Positions 19,794-27,593 of a stretch of 64,000 bases of DNA are shown here, in pieces. Under the pieces are notes generated by a model. That model made no database searches. It saw nothing but the letters and a program-made list of their open reading frames with translations, and was not told where the DNA came from. The stretch covers positions 2,304,001-2,368,000 of the forward strand of contig OY760907.1 of the NCBI GenBank assembly GCA_963664195.1, in the 5' to 3' direction. The first letter of the stretch is position 1. Every line of letters starts with the position of its first letter. Source of the DNA: an uncultured candidate division Zixibacteria bacterium (GTDB lineage: Bacteria; Zixibacteria; MSB-5A5; GN15; FEB-12). Made by a program: the position numbers and the translations under genes.

Positions 19794-22700
19794 ATGAGTG
19801 GCCGTGAACCGCACGAGACGCGCGAACCGGAGATCCTAGTTGTCGACGATACACCTGACAGCCTGCAGTTGTTGACCAAGATTCTCTCTGAGTGTGGATA
19901 CCGGGTCCGTCCGTCGACCAGCGGGCGACTCGCTCTGAGATCGGTCTCGGCCAAGCCACCGGACCTGATCATGCTCGATGTCAAGATGCCGGACATGGGA
20001 GGCTATGAGGTTTGCCGTTGTCTGAAATCAGCCGGCAGCAGTAGCTCCATTCCGGTGATCTTCATCAGCGGTCTCGGGGAGACAGCGGACAAGGTGAAAG
20101 GGTTTGCCGCCGGTGCGGTTGACTATGTTACCAAACCCTTTGAGGCCGAAGAGGTCGTGGCGCGGGTCCGGACGCAGCTGCGTCTGCGGGAACTGACCGA
20201 ACGTTTGGAATGGAAGGTTGAGGAGCGCACAGCAGCACTCACTTCTGCCAACGAACAGCTCGAAAGAGAGATTGCGGAGCGGCTTCGCGCCGAAGAAGAT
20301 GTGAGCCGCTCTAACGAAATTCTTCGCGCGATAATCGAAGCTGCACCCGTTGGCATCATCGGGCTGGATCTGGAAGGCAATGTTCACTCCCAATGGAATC
20401 CCGCGGCCGAGCGACTGCTCGGCTGGACTTCTGAGGAGGTGATGGGACGGCCGCTGCCTTCGGTTCCCTCGGAGAGTCAGGATGAATTCGCGGGGTTCAT
20501 GGAGCGTATTCGCCAAGGGATGTCTCTGAACGGCGTAGAAGTTAGACGCTCCAGGCGTGACGGCACACTCGCCGATTTCAGCGTATACGCCTCCCCGCTG
20601 CGCGACGCTGATGGTCACATTGCGGGCAAGATTGCCGTTATTGTGGATATAACCGAGCGCGTTGAGTCAGAAAATGCACTTCGCAAGCTCTGGCGTGCGG
20701 TTGAGCAAAGTCCCACGTCCATTGTAGTCACCGACACTGAAGGGAATATTGAGTACGTCAATCCCAAATTCACTCAGGTCACCGGCTACACCCGTGACGA
20801 GGCCGTAGGGCAAAACCCGCGTATTCTCAAGTCGGGAGAGGTGGCGGACGAGGAATACAAACAACTCTGGGATACGATTTCTCGAGGCGGCGTGTGGCAC
20901 GGCGAATTCCACAACAAAAAGAAGAACGGTGAGTTGTATTGGGAGTCAGCAACAGTATCTCCGGTTCTCGACGCAGATGGTACAATCACCAACTTTGTCG
21001 CTGTCAAAGAGGATATTACGGCCAAGAAACAGGCAGAGAGAGATCTTCATGAGAGTGAAGAGAGATATCGTTTAGTATTCGAGAACTCGCCGGTGTCGAT
21101 ATGGGAGGAAGATTTTTCCGAGGTCAAGCGACTTTTTGACGATCTGAGAGCTCAAGGGGTCTCCAATATAGAAGAGCACTTCTCTCAGTATCCAGAGATC
21201 GTCAGAGAGTGCGCCGAGCGAACACAAGTGGTCGACGTAAACCGTGCCGCGCTTGCGCTGCACGCTGCTACGAGCAAAGAGCAACTGTTGGCGCGTTTGG
21301 CAGATACCTTCACTCCCGAATCGTTCGATATGTTCGAGCGAGAACTGATCTGCCTGTGGAGAGGAGAGACCAGGATGACCGGCGACGGCGTCGTCAGAAC
21401 CCTGGTGGGAGACCGCCGGGCCGTGACCGTCAGTTTCTCCGTATGTCCTGGCCACGAGGAAACGCTCTCCAAAGTCCTTGTCTCTCTTGTTGACATCACT
21501 GAACGCAAGCGAACAGAAGAGGCATTACGCTCTTCCGAGGCGGAACTGCGCACTCTGATTGGGGCCATGACGGATGTCATTGTTGTTGGCAACTCAGAAG
21601 GGCGCTACCTGAAGATCGTTGATTCAAGTCCATCTCTCTTGTACAAACCGTCACATGAATTGTTGGGAAGGACGCTCCATGAGGTGTTCTCGAAGGAACA
21701 GGCCGACTTCTTTCTCGACAAGATTCGGCAAGCCCTCAACAATCGGGAATCGGTCAACTTTGAATACAATCTGCCTATCAGAGGTAGTGTGTTCTGGTTT
21801 AATGCCACTGTCTCTCCGGTATCCGATGATGAGTTTCTGATGGTTGCCCGAGACATCACCGAGCGTGTGCGGTTGGAGGGCCAGCTCAGACAGGCACAGA
21901 AGATGGACGCTGTCGGTCGGCTGGCGGGTGGTGTGGCTCACGATTACAATAACATGCTCAGTGTCATACTCGGACACATGGACTTGGCAATGGATCAGGT
22001 CGTTCCATCGTCGCCGCTTCTTGATGATCTGAAGGAAGTGCAATCGGCTGCCAGACGATCTGCCGATCTCACGCGCCAGTTACTGGCCTTTGCAAGGAAG
22101 CAGACGATTTCACCGAAAGTGCTCGATCTAAACGAGACCGTCGAAGGAATGCTCAAGATGCTGCAGCGATTGATTGGTGAGGACGTCGAACTCGCCTGGC
22201 TGCCTTGCTCCGAGAGCTGGCGTATCAAAATAGACCCTTCGCAGATTGATCAGATTCTTGCGAACCTGTGCGTCAACGCTCGGGACGCGATTGCGGGAGT
22301 GGGCAGGATATCCATGGAAACGAGCACTGCTACCATTGACGCGTCGTATTGCGCCAGCCATCCAGATGCGCCCCCCGGAGAGTACATGGTGCTGTCTGTC
22401 AGCGACTCGGGTTGCGGTATGGACAAGCAGACGCTGGAACAAGTATTTGAACCGTTCTTCACAACGAAGGAGTTGGGCAAGGGTACCGGTCTGGGACTGG
22501 CGACGGTATACGGCATCGTCAGGCAGAATGGAGGATTCATTGACGTTTACAGCGAGCCGGAACACGGTACGACATTCAAGACGTATCTCAAGAGACACGA
22601 GGTCAGCGCAACAGGACAGGCTTCTGACGACTCTCAGTCGGGATCGATAGCGCGCGGCGATGAGACCATCCTACTTGTTGAGGACGAGCCTTCGATCCTC

Positions 22701-23039
22701 AATGTTACAAGACTCATGCTTGAGAAGTGCGGATACTCTGTGCTGACGGCTGCCACTGTAAGTGAGGCGATCCGCCTCGCAAGTGAACACAGCGGCCCTT
22801 TGAGTCTGTTGGTTACCGACGTCGTAATGCCGGAAATGCACGGTCCCGACCTGTTGGAGGAGGTCATCGCGCGTCAACCGCATATTAGATGCTTGTATAT
22901 GTCCGGCTATTCCAGAGACGTTATCTCTCGTCACGGCGTGCTCCATGAGCACACGAACTTCATCCAGAAGCCGTTTTCGGTAGAGAGTCTTGCCACCAAG
23001 GTGCGGGAGGTGTTGGATGCAGACGAGATGTCAAGGTAG
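19794..23039 (+). CDS. Cytoplasmic hybrid kinase REC-PASx4-HisKA-HATPase-REC (CckA-like)
   Basis: N-terminal REC is nearly identical to that of 17356. LAGGVAHDYNN, NARDA, FEPFFTTK, GTGLGL and C-terminal REC (VEDE, TDVVMP, QKPF). Confidence 0.93.
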   Translation: MSGREPHETREPEILVVDDTPDSLQLLTKILSECGYRVRPSTSGRLALRSVSAKPPDLIMLDVKMPDMGGYEVCRCLKSAGSSSSIPVIFISGLGETADKVKGFAAGAVDYVTKPFEAEEVVARVRTQLRLRELTERLEWKVEERTAALTSANEQLEREIAERLRAEEDVSRSNEILRAIIEAAPVGIIGLDLEGNVHSQWNPAAERLLGWTSEEVMGRPLPSVPSESQDEFAGFMERIRQGMSLNGVEVRRSRRDGTLADFSVYASPLRDADGHIAGKIAVIVDITERVESENALRKLWRAVEQSPTSIVVTDTEGNIEYVNPKFTQVTGYTRDEAVGQNPRILKSGEVADEEYKQLWDTISRGGVWHGEFHNKKKNGELYWESATVSPVLDADGTITNFVAVKEDITAKKQAERDLHESEERYRLVFENSPVSIWEEDFSEVKRLFDDLRAQGVSNIEEHFSQYPEIVRECAERTQVVDVNRAALALHAATSKEQLLARLADTFTPESFDMFERELICLWRGETRMTGDGVVRTLVGDRRAVTVSFSVCPGHEETLSKVLVSLVDITERKRTEEALRSSEAELRTLIGAMTDVIVVGNSEGRYLKIVDSSPSLLYKPSHELLGRTLHEVFSKEQADFFLDKIRQALNNRESVNFEYNLPIRGSVFWFNATVSPVSDDEFLMVARDITERVRLEGQLRQAQKMDAVGRLAGGVAHDYNNMLSVILGHMDLAMDQVVPSSPLLDDLKEVQSAARRSADLTRQLLAFARKQTISPKVLDLNETVEGMLKMLQRLIGEDVELAWLPCSESWRIKIDPSQIDQILANLCVNARDAIAGVGRISMETSTATIDASYCASHPDAPPGEYMVLSVSDSGCGMDKQTLEQVFEPFFTTKELGKGTGLGLATVYGIVRQNGGFIDVYSEPEHGTTFKTYLKRHEVSATGQASDDSQSGSIARGDETILLVEDEPSILNVTRLMLEKCGYSVLTAATVSEAIRLASEHSGPLSLLVTDVVMPEMHGPDLLEEVIARQPHIRCLYMSGYSRDVISRHGVLHEHTNFIQKPFSVESLATKVREVLDADEMSR

Positions 23040-23255
23040 CTCTGGCTTCCGAGTTTGACAAGTCACAGTTATATTAAGACAACCGATTCTGCCATCAGGC
23101 GACTTGATACGTGCCGAGCCAGGGAAAAGGGGAGTCACAATCTCGAGAGACCTCGCGGTTCTGCGCTCTCCGGGGACCAAGAGAGCCAGCTCCCCTTTCG
23201 CCGCTCGTACCCGACCGACCCGGTTCAGACTCTTCGGTATGTGTTCCCAAGTCAG

Positions 23256-23278
23256 GCGTGCACAAAACTTATGCACGC
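23256..23278. promoter_or_regulatory. Palindromic operator, NtrC/Fis-type-like (TGCAC-N7-ATGCA)
   Basis: GCGTGCA-caaaactta-TGCACGC inverted repeat in a 590-bp intergenic region. Confidence 0.4.
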
Positions 23279-23630
23279 TTTCTGCAATTGACCATTATGG
23301 ATAGTCATACCGTGGTCATGATTGGATCGGCGAGCGGAGAGGTGCGGAGACCGATACCTTCGAGTGAGACAAAGGGGGGTGTATGCTCTCTCGGCGTCAG
23401 GAGGTGCCTCACATGTCACGCGTTGCTCTGGAGGACTTTCCCGCAAAAGCGAAGGGCCAAGCCTGCGTTTTTTGACAGTACCGCAGCTCTCGCAGAACGG
23501 AACATCATGATCATCGGTCGAGGATAGACACCGAAGGGTCGGAATAGCGACATGACGCGAGCTACCCTTGGAAGAATACAGATAGGGGAGACAAGTGCGC
23601 TCCTCACCGGGCAGAAACAGGAGAAGAACA

Positions 23631-24173
23631 ATGAAGATCGTGTGCTCATATTGTCAGAAGATGTTGGGGGAGAAAGAACCCCGTGGTAATTCCGATATTT
23701 CCCACGGAATGTGTCAGGATTGCCTGGAGTATTTCCTTCGTCAGTGGGACGGGCTCAATCTGGATGAGTACTTGAACGGCTTTGATGCTCCGGTCGCTGC
23801 GATAGATACTGAAGGCAGAATTATCGCTCAGAACTCAAAAATGTCACAGCTTGTGATGAAGAACGACGAGGCAGTGAGGGGTCAACAACCCGGGGATGTC
23901 GTGGAGTGCCAGTTTGCGCGTCGTCCGGGCGGCTGCGGACATACCGTTCACTGCGAGGCCTGCGCAATCCGGCGTGCCATCAATCACACAGTCTCAACGG
24001 GTGCTCCTTGCAGCAACGTCCCGGCTCGCGTAAAAGGGGACTCCGGCGAAGCCGATCTGAATGTCTCCACAGAACTTCGAGAAACGTTTGTCATCCTGAC
24101 ATTGAGTGCCGTTGTGGGTTTGCCAGAAGAAGGAACCGCCAGTTCTGCTTCCGACTCTGCCCCCATCAAATGA
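23631..24173 (+). CDS. Small Cys-rich protein: N-terminal CxxC...HGxCxxC zinc ribbon plus PAS-like domain with a 4-Cys cluster
   Basis: AGGAGA RBS. MKIVCSYC...ISHGMCQDC; PVAAIDTEGRIIAQN PAS start; C-x8-CG-x4-C-x2-C (CQFARRPGGCGHTVHCEAC). Confidence 0.75.
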   Translation: MKIVCSYCQKMLGEKEPRGNSDISHGMCQDCLEYFLRQWDGLNLDEYLNGFDAPVAAIDTEGRIIAQNSKMSQLVMKNDEAVRGQQPGDVVECQFARRPGGCGHTVHCEACAIRRAINHTVSTGAPCSNVPARVKGDSGEADLNVSTELRETFVILTLSAVVGLPEEGTASSASDSAPIK

Positions 24174-24443
24174 CTCTTCGCCTGGCTCTTCAGGTGACGT
24201 TAGAAGTACCTGCGCCCGCTGGAAGCGTGCCCTGGCAGTCTATTAGAGCACCGCGTAACGGAAACATCGTACTGGGCGGGCACCTAATGCCCCTCTGGTC
24301 GAGCTTATCGGCATTTGCGAGCTGAGACGCAAAGCACCCTTCCAGAGGAGAACTCCCCCAGGTGTGTGACATGGACAGAAGGCTGGTCGGGTCGGGTTGG
24401 CTGCTTGGCGAGGATAGAGTCAAGCATTCGAGGCGGCATTCAG

Positions 24444-24468
24444 TATTGACTATTCGTAATAGTCAATA
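24444..24468. promoter_or_regulatory. Perfect 11-3-11 inverted repeat (candidate operator) upstream of the MCP gene
   Basis: TATTGACTATT-CGT-AATAGTCAATA. Confidence 0.6.
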
Positions 24469-24530
24469 TGTGTACAAGCATTGGCGGTCAAGTCATTCTG
24501 GCAGGCGGCGATAATGCGAGGTATAGAGTA

Positions 24531-24590
24531 CGAAGATACACGAGACGAACATACACGAGACAAATATGCGCGAGAGAAAGATGGGAAGCA
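24531..24590 (+). repeat. Degenerate 15-bp tandem repeat in the MCP leader
   Basis: CGAAGATACACGAGA / CGAACATACACGAGA / CAAATATGCGCGAGA / (GAAAGATGGGAAGCA). Confidence 0.65.
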
Positions 24591-24604
24591 GAGAGGGGCT
24601 TGCT

Positions 24605-26707
24605 ATGTTCAAGAATCTTAAGATTGGCGTGAAGTTGGGGCTTGGATTCGGAATCGTTCTGGCCGTACTGGCCACGGTTGGCGTATTCAACTACACCGGT
24701 TTCCTGGGGATCGGGGAAAAGTCTGCTTTGGCTCAAAATGCCTGCAACAATCGGGCTTTTGCTATTGAGAAGGAAGTTGATCATCTCAATTGGATGACAC
24801 AACTTATGGATCTCTTCCTGGATGAGGACATCACTGAAGTTTCGGTCCAAACCGATGATCACAAATGTGGTCTGGGCAAGTGGCTGTACTCCGAGGAAAC
24901 GGGCCGACTGGCAGCAGATGATCCAGTACTGGCTGACATCATTGAGAAGATCAAGGAACCGCACCGGCGTCTACACCAGTCGGCCGTTCACATCGATGAC
25001 GAGTTCGTCGCTTTCGATATGCGCCTGCAGTCAGTGGTGGCCGACCGATGGATTGACCACCTCAATTGGATCAAGCATGTCGCCAACTCCAATCTGACGA
25101 AGACAGTATTCGACGGGGGCGTGGATCCTCACCAATGTGCTTTCGGCAAGTGGTTTGACAACTACAAGGCCGCCAATCCCGCGTTCGGTCAGTTGCTTTC
25201 GCAGTGGGAAAAGCCCCACGCCCTTCTGCACGAGTCGGCGGCCAAGATAGTCGAGGAACAAGAAAGAGGGAACTGGGCAGAGGCCGAGCGGATATATCAG
25301 GAAGAGACACTCCCACATCTGGACGCCCTGGAACAGGAATATCACAAGACATGTGCGTGGATTCTATCCAATGTCGAGGCCCAGGAACGTGCCCTCTCCA
25401 TCTACGAAGACGAAACCAAGGCGGCTGTAGGAGAAACGCAAGCTCTGTTGACAGAACTGACGGAGCATTTTCAAGAGCAATCGGAAAATGCCACCAAGGA
25501 TACCAACGGACTCATCGATTCTACGATCATGACCACCACGATCCTATCGGCCCTCGCCATTCTGCTCGGTGTGAGTATTGCCTGGTTCATTTCGCACGGA
25601 ATCACCAAACCAATCGGGAAGGTGGTCAGCCTAACGGAACGTATGAATTCTGAGTTCCAACAGTTTGTGGACGTTGTTACTGCGATATCCCAAAACGATT
25701 TGACCCAGAAGATCGAACAAAACGAGATGGAGCAAATCGACCTCGATTCCCGCGATGAGCTCGGTACACTGGCTAAAGCCATCGAAGGCACAATGGAGGC
25801 CAAGAGTCAGATTGGTGGCGTGTTGGAGCTCATGACTGAGAATCTGACCGGTATGGTGCGTGAAATGGGCGAAAACGCCACCCAGTTGGTATCGGCCGCC
25901 TCCGAGATCGCCTCGTCCTCAGAGCAGATGTCACGAGGCGCAGGTGACCAGGCCATGCAGATGAACCAGATATCTACGGCTGTGGAAGAGATGAGTGTCA
26001 CCATTGTGGAGTCCTCGAGGAACGCGGGCGAAGCTACCGATGCTTCCCGAAGCGCCTCCGATACTGCTACCAGCGGCGGTCAGATTGTCAGTCAGACGAT
26101 TCACGGTATGCAAAAGATCAATGAGACTGTTCGCCAATCGGCGGAATCGATTGCGAAACTTGCCGCGTCGGCCGACCAGATCGGTGAGATCGTTAGCGTC
26201 ATCGATGACATCGCCGATCAAACCAACTTACTTGCCCTGAATGCGGCGATTGAGGCGGCGCGGGCAGGAGAGCAGGGTCGCGGATTTGCCGTTGTGGCTG
26301 ACGAAGTGCGCAAACTGGCTGAACGGACGGGCAAAGCAACCGGTGAGATTACGGATATGATAAAAGGTGTTCAGCAGGAAACCGCCGATGCTGTCGAGTC
26401 GATGGAGGCCGGTGTCCATGAAGTGGAAAGCGGTCGTGAGTTGGCTGACAAAGCTGGCAACAGCCTGACTGAAGTCGTAACAATGTCTCAGCGAGTAATG
26501 GATATGATCCAGCAAATCGCTACTGCGGCAGAGGAGCAGTCGGCGGCCGCCGAGCAGATATCGAAAAATGTCGAAGGCGTGGCATCAATCACCAAAGAGA
26601 CTGCTAGCGGCGCCGAGCAGTCGGCGGCTGCGGCCGAGGAACTGAACCGACAGGCAGACGGAATGCAGCAAATGGTCGCGCGATTCAAGATAGAGGAGCC
26701 CGCATAG
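24605..26707 (+). CDS. Methyl-accepting chemotaxis protein with two CZB zinc-binding domains between its TM helices
   Basis: TM1, [46 protein letters not shown]2, HAMP and [38 protein letters not shown]. Confidence 0.95.
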   Translation: MFKNLKIGVKLGLGFGIVLAVLATVGVFNYTGFLGIGEKSALAQNACNNRAFAIEKEVDHLNWMTQLMDLFLDEDITEVSVQTDDHKCGLGKWLYSEETGRLAADDPVLADIIEKIKEPHRRLHQSAVHIDDEFVAFDMRLQSVVADRWIDHLNWIKHVANSNLTKTVFDGGVDPHQCAFGKWFDNYKAANPAFGQLLSQWEKPHALLHESAAKIVEEQERGNWAEAERIYQEETLPHLDALEQEYHKTCAWILSNVEAQERALSIYEDETKAAVGETQALLTELTEHFQEQSENATKDTNGLIDSTIMTTTILSALAILLGVSIAWFISHGITKPIGKVVSLTERMNSEFQQFVDVVTAISQNDLTQKIEQNEMEQIDLDSRDELGTLAKAIEGTMEAKSQIGGVLELMTENLTGMVREMGENATQLVSAASEIASSSEQMSRGAGDQAMQMNQISTAVEEMSVTIVESSRNAGEATDASRSASDTATSGGQIVSQTIHGMQKINETVRQSAESIAKLAASADQIGEIVSVIDDIADQTNLLALNAAIEAARAGEQGRGFAVVADEVRKLAERTGKATGEITDMIKGVQQETADAVESMEAGVHEVESGRELADKAGNSLTEVVTMSQRVMDMIQQIATAAEEQSAAAEQISKNVEGVASITKETASGAEQSAAAAEELNRQADGMQQMVARFKIEEPA

Positions 26708-26802
26708 CCCCACATATGGGCTTGAGAGTGCAATGCCTTCCTGCACCAACGAGGGGCGGCCTGACGGGCCACCCCTCGTCCTCACAAACCAAGGATGATC
26801 AG

Positions 26803-27313
26803 ATGACTGAACAAATAAGACAAGTAGATGCTGGCGTGGACGAATTGATCCAGCTAGTATCATTTACACTCGGACAGGAAGAGTTTGGGCTTGATATCCT
26901 GAAAACACAGGAAATCAACCGCATGGTAGAGATTACCAGAGTGCCGCAAGCACCTCACCACTGTGAGGGAGTGATTAATCTTAGAGGGAAAGTAATACCT
27001 GTGATCGATCTTCGCAAGAAGTTCGAGATGGAGGATCGCGAATGGGGACAGGAACACCCGCATTATTGTGTGCGATGTTGACGGCAAAGTGACAGGAATG
27101 ATTGTCGACGGCGTCGAGGAAGTTCTCCGGATACCGGGTTCGACAATAGAATCGACGCCGAGAGTAGTGACGACCGTCAATTCGGACTACGTCAAAGGCG
27201 TTGCCAGACTTGAAAAACGCCCGCTGATTCTTCTGGACTTTTCCAAGATTGCCGCCGAGGCACAGTCGGTGGCTTCCGAAGAGGCAATTCGATCTGTTGA
27301 GGAAGCGTTCTAG
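26803..27313 (+). pseudogene. cheW: CheW coupling protein with a +1 frameshift (extra G in GGGG 27044-27047); pseudogene or assembly error
   Basis: QLVSFTLGQEEFGLDI...GVINLRGKVIPVIDLR in one frame; TRIIVCDVDGKVTGMIVDGVEEV in the next. Removing one G gives EWDRNTRIIV. Confidence 0.9.
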
Positions 27314-27385
27314 TCAGTCCAGCGATCCAAGGTGAAGGAGACCAAACAAATCCCGTGGGTTCCCGTACGGGATTTTGTGCCGGGG

Positions 27386-27421
27386 AAAAGGCCGTCCCAA
27401 GTAGTGCCGGGACGGCCTTTT
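27386..27421. terminator. Bidirectional intrinsic terminator between convergent cheW and the ankyrin gene
   Basis: AAAAGGCCGTCCC-N10-GGGACGGCCTTTT. Confidence 0.8.
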
Positions 27422-27447
27422 CTATCCGCCACCACAACTACGTTGCA

Positions 27448-27508
27448 GTTCTAAGATAGTACACGATGGCCAGCTTTTTCATGGGTCGCCGATCGGCGGC
27501 CTTTTTTG
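27448..27508 (+). repeat. 61-bp direct repeat, copy 2
   Basis: Identical to 4977-5037 except one T>C change (27480). Confidence 0.95.
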
Positions 27509-27593
27509 GGTCCTGCGGAAATACACCGATTTGTTTTAGGACAACTGGTGCGAGTTGATAGAAACATGTCCTGCCATAATCTTATTTGTGGGT

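Noticed and set aside
23129..23195. tRNA-like look on the minus strand (GGGGAGC...GCTC...GAGC...ACTCCCC)
   Set aside because: No TTC T-arm, poor anticodon stem and no CCA. Kept only as a generic structured-RNA candidate.
24310..24365. TPP or c-di-GMP-I riboswitch fragments (GCTGAGA...ACCCTT; GACGCAAAGC)
   Set aside because: The remaining conserved cores (GAACCTGA...; GGCAAAC...GAAA) are absent.
24531..24590. CRISPR array
   Set aside because: 15-bp abutting units with no spacers, and no cas genes in the window.
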